A DNA stretch of 64,000 nucleotides from Alkalispirochaeta sp. (GTDB lineage Bacteria > Spirochaetota > Spirochaetia > DSM-27196 > Alkalispirochaetaceae): the NCBI GenBank assembly GCA_965601925.1, contig OZ271854.1, positions 3,296,001-3,360,000 on the forward strand. The letters are read 5' to 3'. Positions 33,326 to 44,788 of the stretch are shown here, in pieces. The notes beneath the pieces are model-generated. The model was not told where the DNA came from. It saw only the letters and a list, made by a program, of their open reading frames with translations, and made no database searches. Within the stretch, counting starts at the first letter, position 1, and every line of letters begins with the position of its first letter. The position numbers were made by a program, and so were the translations under genes.

Positions 33326-34516
33326 ATGGTGCTGAGCGGTAGTTTTTTCGTAGAACAGATTCAGGACAAACGCTCGCGTATCGATCCGATCATGGTCGCC
33401 TTGCTGTTCGTGTTGGTCGTCGTCGGTCTCGGGATGCTCTGGTCCGCATCGTGGTTTCGCGCGCAGCAGTTGTACGGCGAGCCGCTGCGGTTCGTCTTGC
33501 GCCAAGGGTTATGGGTCGTCGTCGGGCTGGCTGCAATGGCCGTCGCGGCGGTGTTTCCGTTGCGCTGGGTGCGACGCGCATTACCCGCCCTGGTACTTTT
33601 GTCTCTCGCAGTGTCGCTCTTGACCTTCGTGCCCGGCATAAGCGCGCGTTACATGGGAGCGCGACGGTGGATCATTCTCTTTAACGTCTCGTTCCAGCCG
33701 TCTGAGTTGGTAAAAATGACGATGATCGTTTACCTCGCGCATATCTTTTCACGACGCGAGGGAGACTTTTCCGATCCGCTCCATTCGTTGGTGCCGCCGG
33801 TGTTGATCGTGTCCCTCTTTTCGGGGATCGTGCTGTTGCAGAACGATTTCAGTACCGCCGTGTTCCTGGTAATCGTTGCAATGGTCATGTTTTTTATCGC
33901 CGGGGTACCGATCGGATACTTTGTGAAGATGTTCGTCCTCGTCGTGCCCATCGGTATCATCACGCTCTTTACGCGCGAGCACCGTGTACGCCGCGTCATT
34001 TCGTTTCTCAATCCCGAGTACGATCCCATCGGAAGCGGGTTCCAGGTGCTCGCGGCTCGTCGCGCATTGGAAGCCGGCGGCTTCTGGGGAGTCGGTATCG
34101 GGCGGAGCGAGCGAAAGTTCGGTGGATTGCCCGAGGCGCAGTCGGACTTTCTCTTTGCCGTTTTGGGCGAGGAGCTCGGTTTCATCGGGGTAACGATCAT
34201 CACGGGTCTCTTTTTGCTGTTCGCCGCTCGCGGACTGTATCTGGCGCGACGACAGAACGATTGGTTCCGGTCGCTTCTGATATTCGGGCTTACGGCGAGT
34301 ATCGTCTTTCAGGCGCTCTTGAATATCGCCGTGGTTGCCGGGGCGGTACCGGCGACCGGCATTCCACTGCCCTTTTTCTCCGCGGGAGGGTCGTCGTTGG
34401 TCATTACCTTCGCGATGTGCGGCTTGATCCTGAACGCCGCCTCCGATCGTGGCGCCCCGGCGAATCAAAGCGCTACGGGCGCGCGGTCGTATGTATGGGG
34501 GGATCGACGTGTCTGA
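33326..34516 (+). CDS. ftsW: SEDS peptidoglycan glycosyltransferase FtsW
   Basis: GARRW, FQPSE, LPEAQSDF, EELG, PATGIPLPFFSAGGSS. Confidence 0.95.
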   Translation: MVLSGSFFVEQIQDKRSRIDPIMVALLFVLVVVGLGMLWSASWFRAQQLYGEPLRFVLRQGLWVVVGLAAMAVAAVFPLRWVRRALPALVLLSLAVSLLTFVPGISARYMGARRWIILFNVSFQPSELVKMTMIVYLAHIFSRREGDFSDPLHSLVPPVLIVSLFSGIVLLQNDFSTAVFLVIVAMVMFFIAGVPIGYFVKMFVLVVPIGIITLFTREHRVRRVISFLNPEYDPIGSGFQVLAARRALEAGGFWGVGIGRSERKFGGLPEAQSDFLFAVLGEELGFIGVTIITGLFLLFAARGLYLARRQNDWFRSLLIFGLTASIVFQALLNIAVVAGAVPATGIPLPFFSAGGSSLVITFAMCGLILNAASDRGAPANQSATGARSYVWGDRRV

Positions 34517-35330
34517 AGCGATTATGTCGCGTCGGCAGCGCCGGAGGACGAGCGCGCCCGCCTCAAGCAGCCGTCTGCTCGTCCTGCTGGCCGTACTTTT
34601 GAGCGTCGTGCTCATCGGATATGTGATCGCGGTCACCGTGGCGTTGCCCTATATGGGAGTGTCGCGCGTGGTGGTGCAGGCCGACTTTGAGATGAATCGC
34701 GAGGCGCTGTTGGAGCTGGCGGGCTTGAACGGCGCGCCGTTTCTCTTCTCCGTACGTCCCGACGAGATAGCCGCCCGTCTAGAGAGTCATCCTATGATCC
34801 GAACGGCCGTGGTCGAGCGCGCCTTTCCCGACACCGTGCGTCTGGAACTGTTGCGACGTCGGCCGCTCGCCGTCGCGTTGGTGGAACACAACGGTACGAG
34901 CAGACCCTTTGTCGTCGATGAGACCGGAACCCTGTTCGACGGTGGCGCGCATCTTGCGAGTTACGATCTGCCGGTGCTCTCCGGTATTCGCTTCGAGGGC
35001 GATGTCGTCGGCGGCAAACTCCCCGAGGAGATCTGCGCCTTCTTGACGCGCCTATACGACGTGCGTCTTTCGTCTCCCGAGATATTCGCGTCACTTTCGG
35101 AACTCAGGATCGAGGCGCGCGGGGGAGGCGAGCACGACGTACTACTCTTTACCGAATCGTTTCGCGTTCCCGTTCGACTCGATTTGCACATCGATCGTGA
35201 GGTCGGTAAGTATGCGTTGATGGTTTTGGACGTACTTGCGCAGCAGGGAATCGCCGACGATGTCGCCGAAGTGGATTTTCGCTCCGGAGAGATCGTCTAC
35301 CGGCTGAAGGAGGACCGAAGTGTCCGTTGA
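34509..35330 (+). CDS. ftsQ: Cell division protein FtsQ/DivIB
   Basis: TM, POTRA-like region (ERAFPDTV), C-terminal VDFR; between ftsW and ftsA. Confidence 0.88.
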   Translation: MSEAIMSRRQRRRTSAPASSSRLLVLLAVLLSVVLIGYVIAVTVALPYMGVSRVVVQADFEMNREALLELAGLNGAPFLFSVRPDEIAARLESHPMIRTAVVERAFPDTVRLELLRRRPLAVALVEHNGTSRPFVVDETGTLFDGGAHLASYDLPVLSGIRFEGDVVGGKLPEEICAFLTRLYDVRLSSPEIFASLSELRIEARGGGEHDVLLFTESFRVPVRLDLHIDREVGKYALMVLDVLAQQGIADDVAEVDFRSGEIVYRLKEDRSVR

Positions 35331-36546
35331 CGATATGATCGTCGGACTCGACATCGGTACGAGTAAGATTACCGCGACCATCGCCGAGTATGACGAGTCC
35401 GGTGCGCTTGAGATTATCGGTGTCGGGAGTACGCCCTCTTCGGGGCTCCGCCGAGGTGTGGTTATCAACATCGAGGCGACGTTGCGGAGCGTCGTCGACG
35501 CGATTGAAGCGGCGGAACAGATGGCGGGGCGCGAGGTCAAACGTGTGGTAAGCGGTATCGCCGGTAGCCACATCGAGGGGCTCAATTCGCGCGGCGTGGT
35601 CGCGGTCACCGGAAAGGGCCGAGAGATTACGCAGGACGATGTCGACCGCGTAATCGAGGCGGCCAAGGCGGTGTCGATCCCCATGGATCGGGAGATTCTC
35701 CACGTCGTGCCCCGCGATTACATGATCGACGAGCAGGGGGGAATCAAAAACCCCCTGGACATGATCGGCGTACGCCTGGAAGTCGAAGTTCATATGATTA
35801 CCGGGTCGGTTACCGCCGCCCAGAACTTGGTAAAATGCGTCAACCGCGCCGGATTCGAGATCGGCCAAGTCGTCTTCAGCTCACTCGCCGCGGCAGAGGC
35901 GGTGCTGTCTCAAGACGAGAAGGATCTTGGTGTCGTCGTCGTGGATATCGGCGGTGGGACGACCAACGTGTTGATGTACCGCGACGGTGCTCCGTACTAC
36001 AGCTTTGTGCTTCCCGTGGGCGGTTCGCAGGTGACCGGCGACCTCTCGATTATGCTCAAAACGTCGACGGAGTCGGCGGAGCGCATCAAACGCGAGGCCG
36101 GTTGTGCCTACAGACCGTTGGTGGAAGAAGGTGAGCCGGTCATCGTGCCCGGCGTCGGCGGGCGGCCGCCCATCCAGTGTACGCGCGAACAGGTCTGCGA
36201 GATCATCCAACCTCGCATGACCGAGATCTTCCGAATGGTGCGGGAACGGCTGGACGGACAGCGGCTGTTGGACCGGATCGCCGGCGGTTTGGTGCTCACC
36301 GGGGGCGGCGCGATGCTGCCGGGAGTCGTAGAGTTGGGGCAGGACATCTTCAATCTGGGTGGCCGGATCGGGCAACCGGGCCGACACGGCGGGTTGGTCG
36401 ATCGGTATCAAAGTCCGGAGTATGCGACCGCGGTCGGGTTGGTGTTGTATAGCCATCGCCTGGGCCTCGGCGACTCCGGCGTACCGAAGGAGCGTTCCGA
36501 CGGGGTCATGAAGGGACTCCGTCGCTGGATGAAACACTTTTTTTAA
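35320..36546 (+). CDS. ftsA: Cell division protein FtsA
   Basis: [23 protein letters not shown]-terminal amphipathic helix. Confidence 0.97.
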   Translation: MSVDDMIVGLDIGTSKITATIAEYDESGALEIIGVGSTPSSGLRRGVVINIEATLRSVVDAIEAAEQMAGREVKRVVSGIAGSHIEGLNSRGVVAVTGKGREITQDDVDRVIEAAKAVSIPMDREILHVVPRDYMIDEQGGIKNPLDMIGVRLEVEVHMITGSVTAAQNLVKCVNRAGFEIGQVVFSSLAAAEAVLSQDEKDLGVVVVDIGGGTTNVLMYRDGAPYYSFVLPVGGSQVTGDLSIMLKTSTESAERIKREAGCAYRPLVEEGEPVIVPGVGGRPPIQCTREQVCEIIQPRMTEIFRMVRERLDGQRLLDRIAGGLVLTGGGAMLPGVVELGQDIFNLGGRIGQPGRHGGLVDRYQSPEYATAVGLVLYSHRLGLGDSGVPKERSDGVMKGLRRWMKHFF

Positions 36547-36583
36547 GCGGGGATACAAAACGATGCACAAGGGAGGGGAGTGC

Positions 36584-37789
36584 ATGAATTTTCAAGTATA
36601 CGAAGACGATCTTTCGATCGCATCATCGGGGACCAGCCCCACGGTGATCAAGGTTATCGGCGTCGGGGGCGGCGGCGGCAACGCCGTGAACCGCATGATT
36701 CAGGCGGGGCTGACCAACATCGAGTTCATAGCCGTCAATACCGACCTGCAGGCGCTCCAGAGCTCTCAAGCGGAGCTGCGCATACCGTTGGGAACCAAGA
36801 TTACCGGCGGATTAGGCGCGGGCGGGAAGCCCGAAGTCGGCGAACAGGCGGCGCTGGAGGATAAGGACCAGATTCGGGGCTTCTTAGAGGGCGCCGATAT
36901 GGTCTTCGTCACCGCCGGAATGGGCGGCGGCACCGGTACCGGGGCGGCTCCGGTTATCGCGGATATTTCGCGCAATCTCGGTATTCTGACCGTTGCCGTC
37001 GTGACGCGCCCCTTCACGTTTGAGGGACAACGAAAAGCGCGCCTCGCCCAAGAGGGTGTGGACAAGCTGCGTGCTGCGGTCGACACATTGATTACCATTC
37101 CCAACCAGCATCTTCTGAAGATCGTGGAAAAGAACACGCCGATTAACGACGCGTTCCTCGTCGCCGACGACGTGTTGCGGCAGGGTGTCCAGGGCATCAG
37201 CGATCTCATTACCAAAGACGGCATGATTAACATCGATTTTGCCGACGTGCGCACGGTTATGTCAGGTCAGGGCGACGCACTCATGGGCATCGGCAGGGGC
37301 GAAGGCGACAACCGAGCGGTCGATGCTGCAACCAACGCCATCAACAATCCGCTTCTTGAGGATGCGCATATCGAGGGTGCCAACAAAATTCTGGTGAACG
37401 TGACCGGCGGCGCCGACTTCACCCTCACCGAATACGAAGACATCATGAAGATCATTACCGCCAATGCCGACGACGACGTCCTGGTCATTGCCGGCACCGC
37501 GGTCGATCAACGCCTCGACGGTGAGGTGCGCGTGACGGTGATCGCTACCGGATTCGGTGAGAGCATCGCCCCCGGAGTGGGCGCCGGTGCGCAATCGCGG
37601 GGAGCCCCGGAGTCGGACTGCGGCGGTAAGGCCGAAGAGCAGCCGGAGTTCATAAACCTGGATACGTGGAACAACCTCACGCGTCCCGGCCGTCAGGAGG
37701 ATCTCTTCTCCGAGACATCCGACGACGATGAGCAGCTCGGGGTTCCGGCAATCCTGAGACAGCGCCGCGCTGCGGGTAAGTTTTTTTAG
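36584..37789 (+). CDS. ftsZ: Cell division protein FtsZ
   Basis: [25 protein letters not shown]-terminal VPAILR; GGAGG SD before 36584. Confidence 0.98.
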   Translation: MNFQVYEDDLSIASSGTSPTVIKVIGVGGGGGNAVNRMIQAGLTNIEFIAVNTDLQALQSSQAELRIPLGTKITGGLGAGGKPEVGEQAALEDKDQIRGFLEGADMVFVTAGMGGGTGTGAAPVIADISRNLGILTVAVVTRPFTFEGQRKARLAQEGVDKLRAAVDTLITIPNQHLLKIVEKNTPINDAFLVADDVLRQGVQGISDLITKDGMINIDFADVRTVMSGQGDALMGIGRGEGDNRAVDAATNAINNPLLEDAHIEGANKILVNVTGGADFTLTEYEDIMKIITANADDDVLVIAGTAVDQRLDGEVRVTVIATGFGESIAPGVGAGAQSRGAPESDCGGKAEEQPEFINLDTWNNLTRPGRQEDLFSETSDDDEQLGVPAILRQRRAAGKFF

Positions 37790-37798
37790 GGGGGATCG

Positions 37799-38692
37799 GT
37801 GCCTTCCACCGCAACGCTTCTGGATCAGTTCCGCGACTACCTCTTAGTCGAGCTGCGTTTGTCGAAACAGACCGCCGACACGTATCTGCGCGAGTGTACA
37901 TCGGCGGACGCGGATGCTCGTGAGAACGGCCTGAATCTCGCGGAGTTGAACACCGCGCAGCTGGTCGACTACCTCATTCGGCGTCAGACCGCCGACGATC
38001 CGGTGGATTCACGTACCATCGCCAAAGGGCTCTCGGCGTTGCGCTCGTTTTTTCAGTTCTGCGTACTGGAAGAGCTGCGCCCCGACAACCCGGCGATGAG
38101 CGTGTCTTCACCGCGGGGGGAACATCGACTTCCGGGGGTATTGTCGGTCGAAGAGGTCGAGCGTCTGTTGGAGTCGATCGATCTCGGGAATGCCGGAGGC
38201 GTGCGCGATCGAGCGCTCTTCGAGCTGATCTACTCTTCGGGCCTTCGTATCTCGGAGGCGGTGGGCCTGGACCAGAATCACCTGTACCTTGAAGAGGCGT
38301 TGATACTGGTGCGCGGGAAGGGAGACAAGGAGCGTATGGTACCTCTCGGCGAGGAGGCGGTACGCTGGATGAAGCGTTACCTGGAAGAGGGACGGCCCAA
38401 GCTCTCGCGAAGTATCGCCGAGCGAGCGCTCTTCCTCAATCGGCGCGGGATGCGCCTTTCCAGAAAGGGTATGTGGAAGCGCTTCCACGAGTTGACGCAA
38501 GCGGTCGGGATCGATGCGAAGGTCCACACCCTCCGGCATAGCTTTGCGACTCACCTTTTGGAGGGCGGTGCCGATCTGCGGGCGGTGCAGGAGCTTCTGG
38601 GACACGCCGATATCGCAACGACGCAAATCTACACACATGTAGATACCGATGACCTAAAGGCATATCATGAGCGCTTTCATCCCAGAGGATAA
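37799..38692 (+). CDS. xerD: Site-specific tyrosine recombinase XerD
   Basis: [29 protein letters not shown] intact. Confidence 0.88.
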   Translation: MPSTATLLDQFRDYLLVELRLSKQTADTYLRECTSADADARENGLNLAELNTAQLVDYLIRRQTADDPVDSRTIAKGLSALRSFFQFCVLEELRPDNPAMSVSSPRGEHRLPGVLSVEEVERLLESIDLGNAGGVRDRALFELIYSSGLRISEAVGLDQNHLYLEEALILVRGKGDKERMVPLGEEAVRWMKRYLEEGRPKLSRSIAERALFLNRRGMRLSRKGMWKRFHELTQAVGIDAKVHTLRHSFATHLLEGGADLRAVQELLGHADIATTQIYTHVDTDDLKAYHERFHPRG

Positions 38693-38710
38693 CGGAGTAA
38701 GGAGTTCGAT

Positions 38711-39508
38711 ATGAACGAATCGGAGATTAAAACGGGTATAGCACGCGCAAACGATACGCTCGAAAAAGCCGGGCGCCCGGCGATCGCCTTCGACGGGACG
38801 GCGCGGGTGGATAGCGAGGCGGGCCTCGCGCGCTACTTCGACCATACCTTGCTGAAGCCGGAAGCGACCGAAGACCGGTACCGCACACTGTGCGAGGAGG
38901 CCAGGCGTTACGGCACGAGAAGCGTCTGTGTGCCGCCGGATCGGGTAGCGCTGTGCGCCGAGTTGTTGCGCGGATCCGATACCGAGGTGTGTACCGTCAT
39001 CGGGTTTCCTCTCGGATACCACAGCTCTTCGGCCAAAGTTGCCGAAGTCGAAATGGCCGCCTCCCAGGGTGCGACCGAGTTCGATATGGTCATTCCCATC
39101 GGACGCATGCGCGACGGAGACCCGACGGTGGTGTACGACGATGTGCGCGCGGTAGTGGCGGCGGCGGGCGAGAAGATCGTGAAAGTAATCCTGGAGATCG
39201 CGCTCCTCGATGAGACGCAGAAGGTCCAGGCGGCGGTCGCGGCGGTGAGAGCCGGAGCGGCGATCCTTAAGACCTCGACCGGCTTCGCCTCAACGGGAGC
39301 GACGATCGAGGATCTGCGTATGTTTCGCATCGTGGCCGGGGATGCACGGGGAGTGAAGGCCGCCGGAGGAATCCGCGACTTGGCGTTCACCCGGGCGTGT
39401 ATCGAGGCCGGAGTCGACCGAATCGGCGCTTCCGCGACCGTCTCGATCCTTGAAGAGGCGGCGGGACGTATCGATGCGTCACAGAGTAGGAGTGGAGACG
39501 GATACTGA
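38711..39508 (+). CDS. deoC: Deoxyribose-phosphate aldolase
   Basis: DHTLLKP, VIGFPLG, KVILE, KTSTGF, VKAAGGIR, RIGAS. Confidence 0.95.
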   Translation: MNESEIKTGIARANDTLEKAGRPAIAFDGTARVDSEAGLARYFDHTLLKPEATEDRYRTLCEEARRYGTRSVCVPPDRVALCAELLRGSDTEVCTVIGFPLGYHSSSAKVAEVEMAASQGATEFDMVIPIGRMRDGDPTVVYDDVRAVVAAAGEKIVKVILEIALLDETQKVQAAVAAVRAGAAILKTSTGFASTGATIEDLRMFRIVAGDARGVKAAGGIRDLAFTRACIEAGVDRIGASATVSILEEAAGRIDASQSRSGDGY

Positions 39509-40245
39509 TGGCACGAGTCGGGCGCACGGTACGACACGGAGTACTCATCTCGGCGACGCTTGCGGCGGTCATATTTCTCGCCGCGTGCGCCCCCGAGGAG
39601 GAGCCGGCGCTCGACTTTTTGGTCGCTACCGAGGGTGCAACCTACGACGGCGTCTCCGTTTCGGAGGAGCGCGTCGAACAGCTGCGCGCCGATATCGAAC
39701 GCTATCGCGAAGAGATCCGCGAGACGACGATTCGCCTCGGACGAGTAGCCACGTTTCAACGGCTCTTGGCGCGGGAGCTCATGGAAGCGGAGATGTACGG
39801 TCCGGCGTTGGAGGCACTTGAGGCCGCGATGGCGATCCAGACCGACAACGCGAACCTGTACTATCTCGCCGGCGTCGCCACCGCTCGCTCCGCCCGTGCG
39901 CGCATTACGGCGGGCGACGAGACGGCGTACTACGATCGAGCGGAGCGCCTCTATCGCGCCGCGATCGACATCCGACCCGACTATCGCGAGGCGTTGTACG
40001 GACTGACCGTGTTGCTGACGTTCGAGCTCGATCGCCCCGAAGAGGCGCTGGCATACGCCCGCCGCCTGGTGGAGGTGGAATCGCGCGAACCCTCGGTACG
40101 GTTCCTGTTCGCGAACGTGTTGGTGCGTAACGGGTTGGACGAAGAGGCCGCTGCGGTCTACGGCGAGTTGGCGCGTAACGCCCTCACCGACGAACAGCGA
40201 CATCGTGCGGCGCAAAACAGAGATGCGCTCACGGGGGATCGGTAA
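39508..40245 (+). CDS. TPR lipoprotein
   Basis: Lipobox FLAA-C, coiled coil, TPR repeats. Confidence 0.8.
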   Translation: MARVGRTVRHGVLISATLAAVIFLAACAPEEEPALDFLVATEGATYDGVSVSEERVEQLRADIERYREEIRETTIRLGRVATFQRLLARELMEAEMYGPALEALEAAMAIQTDNANLYYLAGVATARSARARITAGDETAYYDRAERLYRAAIDIRPDYREALYGLTVLLTFELDRPEEALAYARRLVEVESREPSVRFLFANVLVRNGLDEEAAAVYGELARNALTDEQRHRAAQNRDALTGDR

Positions 40246-41384
40246 TGGTCGGCGGTAAGGGAACGCCGGTGAGGCACGAGGGAGAGGACGTGCGAGCCGG
40301 AGACGAACACAACTGGCGCGAACGACTCGTCGCGCGAGCGGCCGGGGCGAGGCGCCCCGACGACGATGCGCTTCTTTTGGTCGCGCGATTCCGACCTCTG
40401 CGACCTTTGGAGCGCCTCGCACTGCTTCTTGCGGTCCCGCGTTTGGATGGATTGCTGGCCCTGGAGCACTACGACGTGGAGCGTCTCATCCAGCGTCCTT
40501 TGCGCAAGACGCGCTGGGATCCGCACCACCTGCTCCGCGCCGTCGAGGCCGACCGTCGGTGGGCGGCAAAACCGGAGCGACGGGTCGTGTGGATCACGGA
40601 CGGAGAGTATCCGTCGCGTCTCACGCGACTGTTCGATCCACCGCCGATCCTCTATATGTGGGGAACGAGCGCCGCCGTAGGCCGAGGCACCGACGTGCCG
40701 TATGCGATCGCGATGGTAGGGACGCGTCGTCCCGACGAGGCGAGCGTCGTCGCGGCCTACGAAACGGGACGGATCGCCGCGGAACACGGATTGTCGGTAG
40801 TAAGCGGGCTTGCTCTCGGGATCGATGGTGCGATCCACCGCGGCGCCGTCGCCTCGGGGATCGAAAACCGCGCGGTGGCGGTACTCGGGTCGGGCATAGA
40901 CTCGGTCTACCCGGTACGCCACAGAGAGCTTGCAGCCGACATACTCGATCGCGGCGGAGTGATCCTCTCCGAGTATCCACCCGGGACGCCTGCTCAACGC
41001 TACCAGTTTCCGGCGCGCAATCGAATCGTTGCCGGTGTTTCTCTCGGCGTGGTGCTCTTTCAAGCGCCGGAACGCTCCGGCGCATTGATCACCGCCGATT
41101 TTGCGGCCCAAGTAGGCGTGCCGGTCATGGTGCACCGGAGCGCCTCGATATCGCCCGGCGGCCGTCGATGTATTGCCGACGGAGCCGACGAGGTGGCCGG
41201 AATCGAGGATATTCTCAACTGTCTGAGAGCGTCCGGGGTGTCGTTGGCCGACGAGTCGGATAGGTGCCGGCGAGCCGACACCCGCGCGCGAGGCGTCGTC
41301 TCGCGTTTCGGACCCGTCGATCCGCCCGGTTCACTCCGGGAGGCGCGACAAGCGATGCGCCGGCGAATAGGAGAAATGGTGTGA
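40245..41384 (+). CDS. dprA: DNA-processing protein DprA (Smf)
   Basis: YP..L..DPPP, VGTR, VSGLALGID, FPARNRI, SGALITA. Confidence 0.93.
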   Translation: MVGGKGTPVRHEGEDVRAGDEHNWRERLVARAAGARRPDDDALLLVARFRPLRPLERLALLLAVPRLDGLLALEHYDVERLIQRPLRKTRWDPHHLLRAVEADRRWAAKPERRVVWITDGEYPSRLTRLFDPPPILYMWGTSAAVGRGTDVPYAIAMVGTRRPDEASVVAAYETGRIAAEHGLSVVSGLALGIDGAIHRGAVASGIENRAVAVLGSGIDSVYPVRHRELAADILDRGGVILSEYPPGTPAQRYQFPARNRIVAGVSLGVVLFQAPERSGALITADFAAQVGVPVMVHRSASISPGGRRCIADGADEVAGIEDILNCLRASGVSLADESDRCRRADTRARGVVSRFGPVDPPGSLREARQAMRRRIGEMV

Positions 41385-42370
41385 CCGATACCGCATTACG
41401 GAACGACATCGACCGCTACGTCGAGTACCTGCGCAGTGTGCGCGGTATGGCGCTCGCGAGCGTACGAGCCTATCGGGCCGATCTCGACCATTTTTCACAG
41501 TTCGCGGCCACCATTTCGACGGAGACGGCCGAAGACGTTACCTCGAATCTCGTCAGGCGTTGGGTGCGCGATATGGGCGACCGCGGCTTTGCCGCCACGA
41601 GCGTCAACCGGCGTCTCTCGGCGCTCCGCGGCTTTTTCGGCTTTCTCGAGCGCGAGGGACGCGTCACCGGTAACCCGGCGATGCCGATTCGAAGCCTCAA
41701 GATGCCCAAGCGACTCCCGGAGACGATGTTCGAGTCGGAGATCGAGCAGTTGCTCGCCATCGAGGGCGACGACTTCGCGACGTTACGCACTCGTGCACTG
41801 TTGGAGACGCTCTATTCAACCGGAGCGCGTATAAGCGAGGTCTGTTCCGCGAACGTGGATGATCTCGCCCTGAAGCGCCGATCGTTGTTGGTTCACGGTA
41901 AGGGCCGCAAAGACCGCTTCGTCTTTCTCGGAAACGGCGCCTTCGGCGTCCTATGCGACTATTTACCCCTACGCCAAGCCTTTGTCGCGAGGCACGGATT
42001 GGGGGATCAAAAGGCGCTCTTCCTCAATCTTCGGGGTGGAAGACTTTCTACCCGTGGGGCGGCGGGAATTATTTCGCAGCGACTACGGGAGTCGGGGGTA
42101 GAAAAATATCTCTCTCCGCACGGATTCCGCCACTCCTTTGCGACGCACCTACTCAACCACGGTGCCGATATCCGCATCGTTCAGGAGATGTTGGGGCATT
42201 CGAATCTATCTACGACACAAATCTACACGCACGTCGGCATGGAGCGGCTTCGCACCGTCTATCGCGATGCCCACCCCCACGCCCGTCGGCGGTCTCGTCG
42301 AGGCGATACTACGGCGGAACAACCTCGACCGGCGAGCGTACGCAAAGAAAGGACGCTTCATGGCTCATAA
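41381..42370 (+). CDS. xerC: Site-specific tyrosine recombinase XerC
   Basis: [32 protein letters not shown] start overlapping dprA stop. Confidence 0.85.
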   Translation: MTDTALRNDIDRYVEYLRSVRGMALASVRAYRADLDHFSQFAATISTETAEDVTSNLVRRWVRDMGDRGFAATSVNRRLSALRGFFGFLEREGRVTGNPAMPIRSLKMPKRLPETMFESEIEQLLAIEGDDFATLRTRALLETLYSTGARISEVCSANVDDLALKRRSLLVHGKGRKDRFVFLGNGAFGVLCDYLPLRQAFVARHGLGDQKALFLNLRGGRLSTRGAAGIISQRLRESGVEKYLSPHGFRHSFATHLLNHGADIRIVQEMLGHSNLSTTQIYTHVGMERLRTVYRDAHPHARRRSRRGDTTAEQPRPASVRKERTLHGS

Positions 42371-42908
42371 CGGCATAACGGTACGAAGCACTACGATCGT
42401 GGCGGTGCAACGAGGCTCGTCGGTCGCTATCGCCGGCGACGGCCAAGTCTCGATGGGTAACTCCATCGTAAAAGGGAACGCGCGCAAGGTCCGTACAATC
42501 TACGACGGAAAGATCGCCGTGGGGTTTGCCGGTGCTACCGCCGACGCCTTCACGCTGTTTGAGCGCTTCGAGACGCGGGTGAAGGGATATTCCGGCGACC
42601 TCATGCGGAGCGCCGTGGAACTCGCTAAAGAGTGGCGCACCGATCGCGCGCTTCGCCGCTTGGAGGCGATGCTCTTGGTCGCCAATCGCGAGACGATGTT
42701 ATTGATATCCGGTACCGGAGACGTGATCGAGCCGGAGCACGGAGTGCTTGCGATCGGTTCCGGCGGCAACTACGCCCTCGCTGCGGCGCGCGCCCTCGTG
42801 GAACATACCGATATGGGCGCCCGTGAGATCGCCGAGGCGGCGTTGGGTATTGCGGGAGACATATGCGTCTTTACCAACCGGCATATCACGGTGGAGGAGT
42901 TGTCGTGA
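42360..42908 (+). CDS. hslV: ATP-dependent protease subunit HslV
   Basis: Short propeptide then [22 protein letters not shown]. Confidence 0.96.
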   Translation: MAHNGITVRSTTIVAVQRGSSVAIAGDGQVSMGNSIVKGNARKVRTIYDGKIAVGFAGATADAFTLFERFETRVKGYSGDLMRSAVELAKEWRTDRALRRLEAMLLVANRETMLLISGTGDVIEPEHGVLAIGSGGNYALAAARALVEHTDMGAREIAEAALGIAGDICVFTNRHITVEELS

Positions 42909-44308
42909 AGCTTGAAAACCTTACCCCCGCCCAGATCGTAGCGGAGCTTGACAAGTTCATCATCGGCCAACAGAAGGCGAAAAAGGCGGTCGCAATTGCG
43001 CTGCGAAATCGCATTCGGCGTCAGAAGTTGCCGGAAGATCTGCAGGAGGAGATCGCTCCGAAGAACATTATCATGATCGGACCGACGGGGGTCGGAAAGA
43101 CCGAGATCGCCCGTCGTCTCGCGCGCCTCACCGGCGCACCCTTCGTAAAGGTCGAGGCTACGAAGTATACCGAAGTCGGCTACGTGGGACGCGACGTCGA
43201 GTCCATGGTGCGCGATCTCATGGCGACCGCCCTCTCGATGGTCAAAGAGGATCTGCGCGAGGAGGTCCGGGAGAAGGCCGAACAGCGCACCGAAGAGGCG
43301 CTTCTCGACGCGTTGTTACCCGGTGTGACCGAGTCGTCGCCTCAAACGTCCGCCCCCGAGCGCGCCGATCCCGATCCGGCCGCACTCGTCGCCGAAGGAG
43401 CCGCGGGGCGAGACGGCAAAAACGGTGTCTCCACCCATACGCGCGAACGATTTAGAACGATGCTCCGAGACGGTAAGCTCGACGACAAGGAGATTGAGAT
43501 TTCGGTCAGCAAGCAGGCGATGCCGGCGATTGAGATTTTTTCCGGGAGCAACGTGGAGGAGTTGGACCTCAACCTCGGGAACCTCGGCAATATCTTCGGC
43601 GGTAAAAAGAAAAAGCGTCGCATGAATGTGCGTCAGGCCCGTGAGTTTCTTCTCCAGGAGGAGATGGACAAGCTGGTGGATACCGAGCGCGCCGCCGAGC
43701 TCGCGCGCAATCGCATCGAGAACACCGGCATCATCTTCATTGACGAGATCGACAAGATCGCTACGCGCGAGGGACGCGGCGGCGGCGACGTGAGCCGCGA
43801 GGGGGTGCAGCGCGACATCCTTCCGATCGTAGAGGGCAGCAAGGTCAATACGCGCCATGGGATCGTCGACACCTCGCATATTCTGTTCATCGCCGCCGGT
43901 GCTTTTCATATGAGCAAACCGAGCGATTTGATACCGGAGCTTCAGGGCCGCTTTCCCCTCCGAGTGGAGTTGGAAGCGCTCGAAGAGGAGGATTTCTATC
44001 GCATCCTGACACAACCGGAGAACGCACTCATCAAGCAGTACAGCGCGTTGCTGGAAACTGAAGGCGTCACGTTGGAGTTTCACGACGAAGCGATCCGGGA
44101 GCTTTCCAAGATCGCCGCGGAGGTGAACGGGCGTACCGAGAATATCGGAGCGCGACGGCTTCACACCATCATGGAGCTCCTGTTGGAGGACGTGTCGTTC
44201 AACGCTCCCGACCTCGCGGGACAGACGATTCCCGTCACGCGCGAGTATGTGTTGGAGAAGTTGGCGGACGTCGTTGAAGATCACGATCTGAGTCGCTACA
44301 TCCTCTAA
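42905..44308 (+). CDS. hslU: ATP-dependent protease ATPase subunit HslU
   Basis: [19 protein letters not shown]-terminal SRYIL. Confidence 0.97.
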   Translation: MKLENLTPAQIVAELDKFIIGQQKAKKAVAIALRNRIRRQKLPEDLQEEIAPKNIIMIGPTGVGKTEIARRLARLTGAPFVKVEATKYTEVGYVGRDVESMVRDLMATALSMVKEDLREEVREKAEQRTEEALLDALLPGVTESSPQTSAPERADPDPAALVAEGAAGRDGKNGVSTHTRERFRTMLRDGKLDDKEIEISVSKQAMPAIEIFSGSNVEELDLNLGNLGNIFGGKKKKRRMNVRQAREFLLQEEMDKLVDTERAAELARNRIENTGIIFIDEIDKIATREGRGGGDVSREGVQRDILPIVEGSKVNTRHGIVDTSHILFIAAGAFHMSKPSDLIPELQGRFPLRVELEALEEEDFYRILTQPENALIKQYSALLETEGVTLEFHDEAIRELSKIAAEVNGRTENIGARRLHTIMELLLEDVSFNAPDLAGQTIPVTREYVLEKLADVVEDHDLSRYIL

Positions 44309-44332
44309 AGGTGCGAACGGGGACACCGATGA
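44306..44332 (+). promoter_or_regulatory. Putative sigma28 (FliA) promoter upstream of flgB
   Basis: TAAA-N15-ACCGATGA versus consensus TAAA-N15-GCCGATAA; overlaps hslU stop. Confidence 0.6.
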
Positions 44333-44353
44333 TGATAGAAGAGGAGAAGACGG

Positions 44354-44773
44354 ATGTTTGAGAATACCGGATTCGGTCGCCAGCTCGACATTTTACAGCG
44401 CACGATGGATGCAAGCCTCCTGCGCCAGAGCGTCATCGCCGATAACATCGCCAACGCCAACACTCCGAACTTCAAGCGGAGCGAGGTCAACTTCGAGTCG
44501 CGTCTGGCCTATGCGCTCGAGAGCGCCGAAAGACGCCCACGTTTTCAGGAGGCGGTGACTCACGAGCGCCACATCCCGTTTCATCAGAGCCTCGACTACC
44601 GAGACGTACGACCGCGCCGCGTCCTCGATTTCGCGACGACGGGACAAAACAACGGCAATAATGTGGATATCGAGGTCGAATCGATGAATCTGCTCAACAA
44701 TCAGTTGGCGTACCAGATGATGACCCGATCGGTGGCGGACTCGTTCGCCAGAATCAATCTGGTACTACGATAG
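44354..44773 (+). CDS. flgB: Flagellar basal-body rod protein FlgB
   Basis: NIANANTPNFK, NGNNVDIE. Confidence 0.95.
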   Translation: MFENTGFGRQLDILQRTMDASLLRQSVIADNIANANTPNFKRSEVNFESRLAYALESAERRPRFQEAVTHERHIPFHQSLDYRDVRPRRVLDFATTGQNNGNNVDIEVESMNLLNNQLAYQMMTRSVADSFARINLVLR

Positions 44774-44788
44774 GAGAGGTGACCGACG

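Noticed and set aside
37799..42370. Two tyrosine recombinases as the ends of an integrative element
   Set aside because: They look like housekeeping XerC/XerD in core synteny; no att repeats, cargo or composition shift seen
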